From Candidatus Syntropharchaeum caldarium (GTDB lineage Archaea > Halobacteriota > Syntropharchaeia > Syntropharchaeales > Syntropharchaeaceae): a DNA stretch of 32,000 nucleotides. Made by a program: the position numbers and the translations under genes. Below are positions 1-8,448 of the stretch, piece after piece (position 1 is the first letter of the stretch; each line of letters starts with the position of its first letter). The stretch is taken from positions 180,001 through 212,000 of the forward strand of contig LYOS01000002.1 of NCBI GenBank assembly GCA_001766815.1. The letters run 5' to 3'. The notes under the pieces are model-generated. The model was given only the letters and a program-made list of their open reading frames with translations. It did not search any database and was not told the DNA's origin.

Positions 1-768
1 TTCGGCATTCGATCCATTTTTCATGGCGTGCATCAGGATCAGTGTTGGTTTACCTTCAGATATGTCATCACCAATTTTTTTGCCATATTTCTCCTCCTCC
101 CCTATTAAGTTGAGCAGATCGTCCCGTATCTGGAATGCAATACCAACATTCTCCCACATCTTGAAAAGATCTGATGCGATCGACTCATCAGCCCCCCCTG
201 CGATCGCCCCACAGTATGCCGACGCACCAAAGAGGGCACCGGTCTTTTTTCTGAGAAGCTCAATCACCCACGCTTCATCTATATCAGGCTGTGATCTGAA
301 GCTGATATCCATCGCCTGCCCCTCAACAAGTGCCACATGCATTCGGGCAAAGGAAGAAAATATCTTCCACGATCTTTCAAGACCATGTATTGCCCTGCAT
401 TCCAGAAGAATCTCGTAAGACAACCCGTAAAGTCCATCTCCTGCGTTGAGGGCGAGTGGCATACCATAGATCCTGTGCATTGTCGGCTTGCCCCGCCTGA
501 GCATGCTGTCATCCTCTATATCATCATGCAGGAGCGTGGAGTTGTGGAATAACTCAAGCGCAACGGCAACAGGAATAACATCTTCAACCCTGCCGCCAAC
601 AAGTTCTGTTGATAACATAGACAGAACAGGTCTGAGTCGTTTTCCGCCTCGCTCCATCAACTCAATCATAATCTTATAGTGAATCTCAGGAGTTCTACCA
701 GTTAGGTATCTGGGGTATGACCTCTCAAATAGTTCCCGATACTCACTCAGCTCTTCAATGATCGTCAT
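1..768 (-). CDS. idsA: Polyprenyl (geranylgeranyl) diphosphate synthase, 3' end cut by window edge
   Basis: Absent from the ORF track because it runs off the edge. My translation from ATG at 768 reads MTIIEELSEYRELF...ALELFHNSTLLHDDIEDDSMLRRGKPT...GIAFQIRDDLLNLIG...KIGDDISEGKPTL. Both aspartate-rich motifs of trans-prenyltransferases are present. The start overlaps the upstream gene's stop as ATGA (765-768). Confidence 0.85.
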   Translation of the reverse strand, partial: MTIIEELSEYRELFERSYPRYLTGRTPEIHYKIMIELMERGGKRLRPVLSMLSTELVGGRVEDVIPVAVALELFHNSTLLHDDIEDDSMLRRGKPTMHRIYGMPLALNAGDGLYGLSYEILLECRAIHGLERSWKIFSSFARMHVALVEGQAMDISFRSQPDIDEAWVIELLRKKTGALFGASAYCGAIAGGADESIASDLFKMWENVGIAFQIRDDLLNLIGEEEKYGKKIGDDISEGKPTLILMHAMKNGSNAE

Positions 769-2105
769 CTAAGTGTTATCTCCTGACCGTTTCTCAACAG
801 ATGTACATCCTCGCCAAGCACATATCCAAGCTCTTCTGCAAGCTCAGCGTAAGAACCTGTCATTGAGAGTGAACCATGTGATGGTATTATATGGGTTGGG
901 TTCACCATCTTTATCAACTCCCAGTGATCCTCCCGTGCTGCATGTCCTGAGACATGGATGTTGCTGTAAATCCTTGCACCCTTCATTTTCAGTTTTGTCT
1001 CCAGTGCATACCTGTTAGCCGCGTTGAGTGGTGTGGGAATTACCGCAGCTGAAAATATAATTTTATCTCCTTTTTCCACCTCGTATGCTGTATCTCCGTC
1101 GCCTATTCGTGATAGAATCGCCCCTGGCTCACCCTGGTGTCCAGTTACGATCGGCAGGAACTTTTCCTTCCCTTCGATCATGATCTGCTTTAAGGTTTTG
1201 TCAATCTGTCTGCGATCTGATATTACGCTCAATTCATCTGTGAATTTGAGATATCCCATTTTTTTTGCAACCTCTGTGTATCTACCCATCGAACGTCCAA
1301 GAAGTACAGGTTTACGCCCCGCCTTTTTACTTGCCTCTATCACTGATGATATCCGCGCAATATGAGAGGAGAAGGTTGTAACAATCATACCTGCTTCAGC
1401 ATCACCTATTCCTGTCACAACATCCAGTACAAGATCCTTTGCAACTGTCTCCGAAGGAGTTTTACCATTAACATCCACGCGGGTGGACTCAACGATCATC
1501 GCGAGTACACCCTCTTTCCCAAGTCTTCGCAATCTGTTCTCATCAAGAGGATCATCGAGGATTGGGTATCTATCGATCTTAAAATCGTTTGCGTACAGTA
1601 TCGTTCCTTCTGGTGTGTGTAGAGCCGCAAATACGCAGTCGGGGATCGAGTGCTGGACACGGATGAACTCAAGTTCCACCTTATCAGAGATCCTGTAGGT
1701 CTCACCAGCATTTAACCTGATAAGTGTGTTATCAATCCTGAACTTTCGCTCTGATTTGAGTTGCTGGGAGATTAGCTCTGTCGTGAATGGTGTTGCGATT
1801 ATGGGTGCTTTGTAGCGGTGTGCAAGCTTTGAGATCGCCCCAATATGATCTAAATGCCCGTGTGTGCAGATGATCGCAATCACGTTCCCATCGATCTGGT
1901 TCATGATCGTATCATCCGGTATTGCACCCATCTGGATCAGGTCGAGCGAGTGCATCCGTTCTATCTCAACATCTTCGTGGATCTGCACCCGATCGAGCCT
2001 GATGCCCATATCCATTATAATAATTTCTTTACCGACGCGGATGGCAGTCATATTTCTCCCTACCCCGTTATACCCGCCAACCGCTATTATTCCAATATCC
2101 ACCAT
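765..2105 (-). CDS. rnj: Archaeal RNase J (metallo-beta-lactamase / beta-CASP ribonuclease)
   Basis: 446 aa. It carries the HxHxDH motif (CTHGHLDHIGA), has an N-terminus typical of aRNase J (IIAVGGYNGVGRNMTAIRVG) and a late HVSGHA motif. The length matches archaeal RNase J. Confidence 0.85.
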   Translation of the reverse strand: MVDIGIIAVGGYNGVGRNMTAIRVGKEIIIMDMGIRLDRVQIHEDVEIERMHSLDLIQMGAIPDDTIMNQIDGNVIAIICTHGHLDHIGAISKLAHRYKAPIIATPFTTELISQQLKSERKFRIDNTLIRLNAGETYRISDKVELEFIRVQHSIPDCVFAALHTPEGTILYANDFKIDRYPILDDPLDENRLRRLGKEGVLAMIVESTRVDVNGKTPSETVAKDLVLDVVTGIGDAEAGMIVTTFSSHIARISSVIEASKKAGRKPVLLGRSMGRYTEVAKKMGYLKFTDELSVISDRRQIDKTLKQIMIEGKEKFLPIVTGHQGEPGAILSRIGDGDTAYEVEKGDKIIFSAAVIPTPLNAANRYALETKLKMKGARIYSNIHVSGHAAREDHWELIKMVNPTHIIPSHGSLSMTGSYAELAEELGYVLGEDVHLLRNGQEITLR

Positions 2106-2140
2106 TTGAAACTTCCTCTATCTCAGATTATAAAAGTCTT

Positions 2141-3394
2141 TCAGAGATCTTCTGGGTCTGTGATTTTGCCTGCGATCGCACTTGCAGCTACCACAGCAGG
2201 AGAAGCTAAATAGACAAGAGAATCTTTGTGACCCATACGACCCACGAAATTTCTGTTTGTCGAACTGACACAGACCTCGCCTGCATCAAGAACTCCCATG
2301 TACCCTCCAAGACATGCACCACAGGTCGGGCCTGATACAAACGCACCAGCAGATGCAAATATCTCAAGAAGTCCTTCTCTGATTGCCTGAAGATACACCT
2401 GCTGAGTTGCAGGAACGACGATCATCCGAACATTGCGTTTCACCTTTCTTCCCTTCACAATCGCTGCTGCAATTCTCAGATCCTCGATCCGCCCGTTGGT
2501 GCATGATCCGAGATATGCCTGATCGATCACAACATCCAGATCCCGCGCAGGTGATGTGTTATCTGGGAGAAATGGTGCTGCCACTGTTGATGGGATTTTC
2601 TCGGCTTCATACCTGAATGTATCCTCATACTCTGCGTCCTTATCGGCATACACGGGAGTATAATCTCCCCTGACCCTTCCTTTGAGATATTCAAAGACTT
2701 TATCATCTGGTGGAATGATTCCAGCCTTGGCACCGGCCTCGATCGCCATATTACATATCGTGATTCGATCAGCAAGCGGCAGCGACTCAATCGCAGATCC
2801 ATAAAATTCCTGTGCCCTGTAGAGTGATCCAGATACACCTATATCACCCAGAATGTGCAGTATAATATCTTTTCCAGATACATACCGTCTGAGTTTACCA
2901 TCCACGATGAACCGCTGGGTTTCGGGAACCTTGAACCAGAGTTCGCCTGTTGCCATCACTGCAGCAGCCTCTGTTGACCCGATGCCAGTTGAGAATGCGC
3001 CAAGTGCACCGTATGAGCATGTGTGTGAGTCAGCACCAACAATAAGCCTGCCTGGCGCTGCAAATCCCTCCTCGATCATGACCTGGTGGCAAACCCCGCC
3101 ATCCCCTGGCCAGTAGTAGTTCTCGATCCCGTACTTTATACAGTAATCCTGCAGGGCTTTCGCCTGTTTTGCTGATGCGAGGTCTTTGTTTGGGACGTAG
3201 TGATCTGCGATGGCAACCACGCGTTCTCGTTGCATCGAATGGTTAAGTTCCTCAAATACCTCAAACGCAGGTACGCCTGTGACGTCGTTAACCATTACAT
3301 AATCGATCTTGCACGCAACGATCTCGCCCGCGGCCACCTCCTTCTTACCGTCGATTGCTTTACTACCAAGTATCTTTTCTGCGATTGTCGCCAT
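2141..3394 (-). CDS. Aconitase-family dehydratase large subunit (3-isopropylmalate dehydratase LeuC or homoaconitase HacA)
   Basis: MATIAEKILG..., GADSHT, and an Fe-S cysteine region (LGSCTNGR, GPTCGACLG). The ORF-track start at 3421 is probably too long: ATG at 3394 is preceded by GGAGG about 10 nt upstream. No small subunit lies in the window. I cannot separate LeuC from HacA by eye. Confidence 0.85.
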   Translation of the reverse strand: MATIAEKILGSKAIDGKKEVAAGEIVACKIDYVMVNDVTGVPAFEVFEELNHSMQRERVVAIADHYVPNKDLASAKQAKALQDYCIKYGIENYYWPGDGGVCHQVMIEEGFAAPGRLIVGADSHTCSYGALGAFSTGIGSTEAAAVMATGELWFKVPETQRFIVDGKLRRYVSGKDIILHILGDIGVSGSLYRAQEFYGSAIESLPLADRITICNMAIEAGAKAGIIPPDDKVFEYLKGRVRGDYTPVYADKDAEYEDTFRYEAEKIPSTVAAPFLPDNTSPARDLDVVIDQAYLGSCTNGRIEDLRIAAAIVKGRKVKRNVRMIVVPATQQVYLQAIREGLLEIFASAGAFVSGPTCGACLGGYMGVLDAGEVCVSSTNRNFVGRMGHKDSLVYLASPAVVAASAIAGKITDPEDL

Positions 3395-3417
3395 AAAATC
3401 AGAGCCTCCAACACCAA

Positions 3418-3783
3418 TCAATCACTCAAGTGCTTGTTGAAGATCTTCTCCAGTCGTTTTGCAGAAAAAGGCTTGACGAGGTAGTCCACGGCCCCTGCTT
3501 CCATCGCCTCATTGATGATGTTTGGCATATCAATCGCGGTTATAACAACGATCTTTGCTTCAGGATCGATCGCACGGATGGCTTTTATCGCCTCAACCCC
3601 GTTCATTGATGGCATCACAATATCCATCGTTACAAGGTCTGGTTTGAGTTCTTCATATGCCCTGATGCCCCGCTCTCCCGTGGTCTCGATGAAAACATCA
3701 TAGCGTGTTTCATCTATCATCTCCTTCATCATCGCTGTTATCGGAGCTGCATCATCAACGATCAGAATCTTCTTTTTTTCCAT
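3418..3783 (-). CDS. Single-domain CheY-like response regulator receiver
   Basis: ILIVDD, the phospho-acceptor context LVTMDIVMP, VVITA and LVKPF are all present, so the full receiver residue set is intact. The ORF-track start at 3810 is a GTG overlapping the upstream stop. ATG at 3783 (MEKKKILIVDD) has AGGAGTG 5 nt upstream and is preferred. Confidence 0.9.
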   Translation of the reverse strand: MEKKKILIVDDAAPITAMMKEMIDETRYDVFIETTGERGIRAYEELKPDLVTMDIVMPSMNGVEAIKAIRAIDPEAKIVVITAIDMPNIINEAMEAGAVDYLVKPFSAKRLEKIFNKHLSD

Positions 3784-3806
3784 CCAGACACTCCTGCTGA
3801 CCACCC

Positions 3807-5243
3807 TCACACGATCGGATTGAGTTTCACCTTTGGATAACCAGCCGATACGTCGAGACTCATGTAGTAAAGCTCTGTTCTCGGTTTTATTCCATAGATG
3901 ACGATCGATCCAGAGAGGGCTTCAAGCTTCAGATGCATATCTGAGATATCTGCCAGATACCTGTTGATCTCCTCTGTGCTATCTCTTCCAATAGCGATTG
4001 TGAGCGAACTTGCATCATCAGTACACCTTGCAAGGATACTCATGAGTTTCAGTAACTCATCTTTGTTGGTGTATATGTAATCAAAGACATCAAATCCCAC
4101 TGTGTTGAGAACAGGGTTTCCAGTTTCCTCCTGTAGCCTGTTCCAGAGCTTCCGCCATTTTGCAACATCATCCATCAGATTTCCTGGTTCAATCGAACAT
4201 ATGTATTTCTCTGACTCAAATCCGTCACCATCAGGAAGATATGTAAACTCCACGAACTTCATAAGTTCATTCAATCGATCCTCGAAACCATAGAGGTATG
4301 CGTTTGCCTTCATTCCCTTTGGACTCACTTCACCTGGGGGAAACATTATAACCGGGTTTTCCTGATGTATAAAATTTGCAACCGTCTGCATCAGAACATT
4401 CATGAAGGCATCCTGTGCAACATCAGCCCCAATATCAAGAAATACAAAGCTTCCAAGGGGATAACCACCACCAAGCATATCATCAAGATCCTCTGAACCT
4501 GATGAAAAGTAAGATGGTGTATCCTTTATAGGTTCAAACCGCTTATGCTCTGACGGATATTTAAACTCGAATGGCTTAAGGCTGCTGAAGACTCCTCCTT
4601 CAAGCGAGAAGAGATATGCAGGATGCTCTCGCCTCACGCCTCTGAGTTTATTGATGTTGAGGGTCCTGACCGCCCTACCACCGATTTCCTCTGCCTTCAT
4701 CGTGATCACACTATCAACCAGATAATCAAGTTTATCCTGATATGTGTACTCACTCACGAGGATAAAATCGATACTCGCTTTGCTTGAAATATCGGTGATC
4801 AGCGATTCAAGATCTTCTCTGTTCTCAACCTCCCCGGTCTGTGTCAGTACCGCATCCCAGCTATCAATGACGACCACTGCAACCTCAAACTCGTCGCACA
4901 TGCGATAGATATTGCCAAGGAAGGTTGGACGATCAGAATACTTAAGCGTATTTATGAAATAGTCCATATCCATATTTTCCCGAGTTGAAACTGGTTCAAA
5001 TTCTGATTGCGTGGCATCTATGATATGTTTTGGCGGTATAACCTTGGAGATCCATGGAAAATCAGCGTAGAGTTTGGTATTGTCGACTCTTGTTGAGAGA
5101 TAAATCCCATTATTTGTCCCGTAAAGTTCTTTCAGGAGGGTTAATGCGAAGATTGTCTTGCCTGTCCCTGGCTCCCCTTTAACAAGCATTGTATGTCCCA
5201 TTTCGCCTTTGAAGAACTCTATGATCTCATCAGGTATTGCCAT
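3807..5243 (-). CDS. Two-domain KaiC/GvpD-like RecA-superfamily ATPase (N-domain intact, C-domain P-loop degenerate)
   Basis: 478 aa. The N-terminal half has Walker A (GEPGTGKT) and a Walker B-like motif (VAVVVIDSWD). The C-terminal half repeats the KaiC-type entry motif (LDDMLGGGYPLGSFVFLDIG) but has ADVAQDAF where the P-loop should be. Confidence 0.7.
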   Translation of the reverse strand: MAIPDEIIEFFKGEMGHTMLVKGEPGTGKTIFALTLLKELYGTNNGIYLSTRVDNTKLYADFPWISKVIPPKHIIDATQSEFEPVSTRENMDMDYFINTLKYSDRPTFLGNIYRMCDEFEVAVVVIDSWDAVLTQTGEVENREDLESLITDISSKASIDFILVSEYTYQDKLDYLVDSVITMKAEEIGGRAVRTLNINKLRGVRREHPAYLFSLEGGVFSSLKPFEFKYPSEHKRFEPIKDTPSYFSSGSEDLDDMLGGGYPLGSFVFLDIGADVAQDAFMNVLMQTVANFIHQENPVIMFPPGEVSPKGMKANAYLYGFEDRLNELMKFVEFTYLPDGDGFESEKYICSIEPGNLMDDVAKWRKLWNRLQEETGNPVLNTVGFDVFDYIYTNKDELLKLMSILARCTDDASSLTIAIGRDSTEEINRYLADISDMHLKLEALSGSIVIYGIKPRTELYYMSLDVSAGYPKVKLNPIV

Positions 5244-5348
5244 AATTAAACCTCAAGATTGTTGTGATGTGTATTTTACTTTATTTCCCCATCATAAATC
5301 TGATAGCGATCTTATTTAAGTATTTCTAAGTCAATATTATTTCAGGAT

Positions 5349-5364
5349 CGATAAAATTTTATCG
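5349..5364. repeat. Perfect 16-bp palindrome CGATAAAATTTTATCG
   Basis: Read directly; it is self-complementary over all 16 nt. It lies 17 nt downstream of the GNAT stop and about 105 nt upstream of the KaiC-like gene start. Confidence 0.9.
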
Positions 5365-5380
5365 TCGTGCGCTATATTTT

Positions 5381-5842
5381 TTACACATCTATCACAAATG
5401 CCACCTCATCACAGTCAGGAAACTTCGGACACCTGAGACACCAGCCCCAGACCTTATGCGGGAGTGTATCCTTGGGAACCTCCCTGAACCCATGATTTTT
5501 GAAGAAATCACGGCTGAGCGTGAGTGTGAAGACCTTCTCAAGTCCAAGATCCTTTGCCTCAAGAAGTGCTGCCTCAAGAAGTGCTGATCCCACACCTTCT
5601 CCCGTCAGATGCTCGTCCACCGCAAGCGAGCGTATCTCGCCAAGATCTTTCCATATTATGTGTAGCGCACAGCAGCCTCTAATCTCACCCCCTGGAGTTG
5701 TATAGACAAAAAAGCTCCTCAAATTCTCGTAGATATCATTCAAAGATCGTTGGAGGATAATATTCTTTCTTGCATAGTGATCGATCAGTTTTTTTATCGC
5801 TGGAACATCACTTACTTTCGCCTTCCTGACCCGGTTCGCCAT
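5381..5842 (-). CDS. GNAT family N-acetyltransferase (short ArgA-like type with C-terminal Cys cluster)
   Basis: 153 aa. It has the acetyl-CoA binding segment (LAVDEHLTGEGVGSALLEAAL) and the C-terminal HKVWGWCLRCPKFPDCDE typical of short N-acetylglutamate-synthase-like GNATs. Confidence 0.85.
   Translation of the reverse strand: MANRVRKAKVSDVPAIKKLIDHYARKNIILQRSLNDIYENLRSFFVYTTPGGEIRGCCALHIIWKDLGEIRSLAVDEHLTGEGVGSALLEAALLEAKDLGLEKVFTLTLSRDFFKNHGFREVPKDTLPHKVWGWCLRCPKFPDCDEVAFVIDV
5555..5586. repeat. Perfect 15-bp tandem duplication (TGCCTCAAGAAGTGC x2.1) inside the GNAT gene
   Basis: Read directly. It encodes ALLEA-ALLEA on the minus strand. Confidence 0.9.
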
Positions 5843-5864
5843 CTGAAATCTTTTAAAATAAGAG

Positions 5865-5878
5865 AGTATTTAAAGATT
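5865..5878. promoter_or_regulatory. Shared TATA-like element between divergent GNAT and GTPase genes
   Basis: gagtatttaaagat is centred about 29 nt from ATG 5842 (minus) and about 32 nt from ATG 5903 (plus). This spacing fits archaeal TATA boxes driving leaderless mRNAs in both directions. Confidence 0.35.
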
Positions 5879-5902
5879 CTCAGTATAACTTACAGAGTAC
5901 AT

Positions 5903-7084
5903 ATGTTATCCATTGCAATTGCTGGAAAGCCAAACGCTGGTAAGTCAACATTCTTCAAGGCGGCAACCCTTGCAGATGTTCAAATCGCAAACTACCCGTT
6001 TACAACCGTGGATGCGAACAGAGGTGTGGGTTATGTCAGGGTTACATGTCCCTGTATTGCGCTTGAAGTACGGTGCGGGAGGTGTGTTGAGGGCGTTCGA
6101 TACATACCTGTTGAGCTTATCGATGTTGCAGGACTTGTACCAGATGCCCACAAAGGAAGGGGGCTTGGAAATGAGTTTCTGGATAATCTGAGGCAGGCGC
6201 AGGCGATAATTCATGTGGTGGATGCCTCTGGCGGTACAGATATTGAGGGAAACCCGGTCAGTGTGGGTGATCACGATCCGCTTGAGGATGTTGAGTTTCT
6301 GGAACATGAGATCACGATGTGGATCTCCGGCATTCTTAAACGAAACTGGAGCAGACTATCGAAGAAAGCATCTGCAGAGGGTGTGAAGATCGAGGATCTA
6401 ATCTTAAACCAGCTTCGGGGGGTTGGCGTTGATGAGTTCGAGGTTAAACGAGCGCTGCATAACGCAAAGGTCGATCTCGATACCCCCGCGCAATGGAGCG
6501 ATGACGAACTTGTAACTGTCGCAGACTGGATACGCAGGGAGAGTAAGCCACTTCTGATCGTTGCAAACAAGATGGATATCGCACCTTCTGAAAATATCAA
6601 ACGCCTCTTAGCGCTTGATCGTGATGTTGTACCAGCATCAGCCGAGGCAGAGCTTGCACTGCGATTGGCATCAAAAAACAATCTTGTATCATATCTCTCT
6701 GGAGATTCAGACTTTTCAATCGTGTCAGACGAGCTTAAACCACCTCAAAGAAAAGCGCTTGAAAAGATACAGGTCTTGCTTAAAAATCATGGATCAACGG
6801 GAGTGCAGGAAGCAATCAATCGTGTTGTATTTGAGCTTCTGGATTATATCACGGTCTTTCCAGTCGAAGATGAGCACAAGCTCACAGACTCAAACGGTAG
6901 GGTTCTTCCTGATGCTTTCCTCATGAAGAAGGGGAGCACGCCGCACGATCTTGCATATATGGTGCACACCGATATTGGAAAGGGTTTTCTCTATGCCGTG
7001 GATGCAAAATCCGGGATGCGACTTGCTGAGAAGCATGAACTTGAGGATGGAGACATTGTAAAGATCGTTGCTGTTAAGAGGTGA
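5903..7084 (+). CDS. Obg-family P-loop GTPase (YchF/OLA1-DRG type) with C-terminal TGS domain
   Basis: MLSIAIAGKPNAGKSTFFKAAT (G1), NYPFTT (G2), DVAGLV (G3), ANKMD (G4) and a TGS-like C-terminus (GSTPHDLAYMVHTDIGKGF...GDIVKIV). The ORF-track start at 5750 overlaps the divergent GNAT gene. ATG at 5903 begins directly at the P-loop. Confidence 0.85.
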   Translation: MLSIAIAGKPNAGKSTFFKAATLADVQIANYPFTTVDANRGVGYVRVTCPCIALEVRCGRCVEGVRYIPVELIDVAGLVPDAHKGRGLGNEFLDNLRQAQAIIHVVDASGGTDIEGNPVSVGDHDPLEDVEFLEHEITMWISGILKRNWSRLSKKASAEGVKIEDLILNQLRGVGVDEFEVKRALHNAKVDLDTPAQWSDDELVTVADWIRRESKPLLIVANKMDIAPSENIKRLLALDRDVVPASAEAELALRLASKNNLVSYLSGDSDFSIVSDELKPPQRKALEKIQVLLKNHGSTGVQEAINRVVFELLDYITVFPVEDEHKLTDSNGRVLPDAFLMKKGSTPHDLAYMVHTDIGKGFLYAVDAKSGMRLAEKHELEDGDIVKIVAVKR

Positions 7085-7808
7085 TGGTGATCAATTGGTT
7101 ACGATCAGGGTTATTCTTCTTGAACCGCTCTATGGAGGTAATATAGGGTCTGTGGCACGGGTTATGATGAACTTTGGTTGCAGGGATCTTGTGCTTGTAA
7201 ATCCACCCCCTATAAATGACGAGACGCGGGCTTTTGCATCCAGCGCAATTGAATTGCTCGAATCCGCCACTATATGCGAGACTTTTGAGGAAGCAATCGT
7301 GGATGCAGACGTTATTGTTGGAACCACATCAAAGATGGGTGAGACCGAGAACAGACATGTGAGGATGCCTGCTTATTCACCAAAAGCGCTTAAAGCAAAA
7401 TTTGACGGAAAAAAAGGAAATGTATCACTCGTATTCGGTAGAGAAGACAGAGGTCTATCATCAGATGAGCTTTCAAGATGTGATATCATCGCTGTGATAC
7501 CGACAAGTGCCAGTTATCCTGTTATGAACATATCACACGCTGTTGCGATCTTTCTCTATGAGTTACAGGATCTGAGCCCGGGGGAATATCCGCTTGCAGA
7601 CCGGTATAACAAAGATCTACTCTATGAACATATCCATGAGTTTCTCCATAAGATCCCATATCCACCACACAAACTGGAGAAGACGGCATTGATGATAAAA
7701 AGAATTCTTGGAAGAGCAGAGCTTACAGGGAGAGAGGTTCAGACGCTGAGAGGGGTTCTAAAAAGGACTGAAAGAGCGATAAAGGAGGGAAGAGAATCGG
7801 AAAGATAA
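7068..7808 (+). CDS. SpoU/TrmH-family RNA 2'-O-methyltransferase (aTrmJ-like)
   Basis: IRVILLEPLYGGNIGSVARVMMNFG...LVLVNP, VFGREDRGLS and MNISHAVAIFLYEL are the three SPOUT motifs. The start is uncertain: the track uses TTG at 7068, which overlaps the upstream gene. In-frame TTG at 7095, lying 10 nt after GAGGTGAT, is an alternative. Confidence 0.8.
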   Translation: MLLRGDGDQLVTIRVILLEPLYGGNIGSVARVMMNFGCRDLVLVNPPPINDETRAFASSAIELLESATICETFEEAIVDADVIVGTTSKMGETENRHVRMPAYSPKALKAKFDGKKGNVSLVFGREDRGLSSDELSRCDIIAVIPTSASYPVMNISHAVAIFLYELQDLSPGEYPLADRYNKDLLYEHIHEFLHKIPYPPHKLEKTALMIKRILGRAELTGREVQTLRGVLKRTERAIKEGRESER

Positions 7809-7810
7809 AG

Positions 7811-8446
7811 ATGGTTGCATACGACCTCGAGGGCGTACTGGTCGATGAGGAGAGTATCTGGGTCAAGCTTAGTCGTGCTTTTGGGACCGATGGGCTCGAT
7901 CCAGCATTGAAAGACGATTATCTCGCAGGTAAAATTTCGTATAAAGAATGGTCTGATCACGTTGTATCCCGCTGGAAGGGGAAAGAGGTCAGCGTGATCG
8001 ATGAGTTTGTGAGGAGGAGCCAACTCATGCCCGGGGCAAAAGAGACAACCTCAATCCTGAGAGAAGCAGGTATAAAGCAGGTTATTATCACAAATTCAAT
8101 CTCACACCTTGCTTATGATGTTGGAGAAAGACTTGGGATAGAACCTCATTTTATAAGATCAAACATACTTGCCACAGAGAATGGTAAGCTCACGGGCGAG
8201 ATTGAGTTTTATCTTGCATGGGAGGATAAACTCAGATTACTCAATTACTTTGCATCGATGATGGGGCTATCGCTGGATGAAGTTGCTGCGGTGGGGGACG
8301 GGATAAACGATATCCAGATTCTTGAGGCAGCAGGGCTTGGTATCGCCTTCAATCCAGTGGAATCAAGAGTAATAGAGGCTTCTGATCTTGTCATCCGTGA
8401 GAAAAACCTGCGGGAGATTGTTGGATGGATTATTGGCAGGACGTGA
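7811..8446 (+). CDS. HAD-superfamily hydrolase, subfamily IB (phosphoserine phosphatase-like)
   Basis: 211 aa. Motif I is AYDLEGVLVD, motif II is ITNS, and motif IV is GDGINDIQILEAAGLGIAFNP, typical of SerB-like enzymes. Confidence 0.75.
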   Translation: MVAYDLEGVLVDEESIWVKLSRAFGTDGLDPALKDDYLAGKISYKEWSDHVVSRWKGKEVSVIDEFVRRSQLMPGAKETTSILREAGIKQVIITNSISHLAYDVGERLGIEPHFIRSNILATENGKLTGEIEFYLAWEDKLRLLNYFASMMGLSLDEVAAVGDGINDIQILEAAGLGIAFNPVESRVIEASDLVIREKNLREIVGWIIGRT

Positions 8447-8448
8447 AC

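Noticed and set aside
199-206. GCGATCGC octamers (also near 2174 and 30044), considered as a distinct HIP1-like repeat family.
   Set aside because: Only a handful of copies exist. They are most simply a by-product of the general GATC/CGATCG enrichment reported separately.
23-679. Three overlapping plus-strand ORFs from the track (23-418, 337-552, 488-679).
   Set aside because: They are shadow ORFs. The minus strand translates into an uninterrupted polyprenyl synthase with both Asp-rich motifs (1-768), which explains the region completely.
765-768. Multiple 4-bp ATGA or other short overlaps between functionally unrelated genes: rnj/idsA, HAM1/argS 27083-27099, and YqaA-like/pantoate kinase 16066-16076.
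   Set aside because: Short start/stop overlaps are routine in compact archaeal genomes. On their own they do not imply a functional link. Only the cases with an additional functional rationale were raised as findings.
5555-5586. Perfect 15-bp tandem duplication in the GNAT gene (ALLEA-ALLEA), considered as a recent in-frame insertion or contingency repeat.
   Set aside because: The helix after the GxG acetyl-CoA motif has the family-typical length (15 residues from GxG to the next conserved Gly). No extra residues were added, and two copies are too few for slippage-based phase variation. It is listed as a repeat feature only.
5750-5902. 51-codon N-terminal extension of the GTPase ORF.
   Set aside because: It would overlap the divergent GNAT gene by 93 bp and encodes non-homologous sequence. 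The family N-terminus (the P-loop) begins at the internal ATG 5903, behind a TATA-like box.
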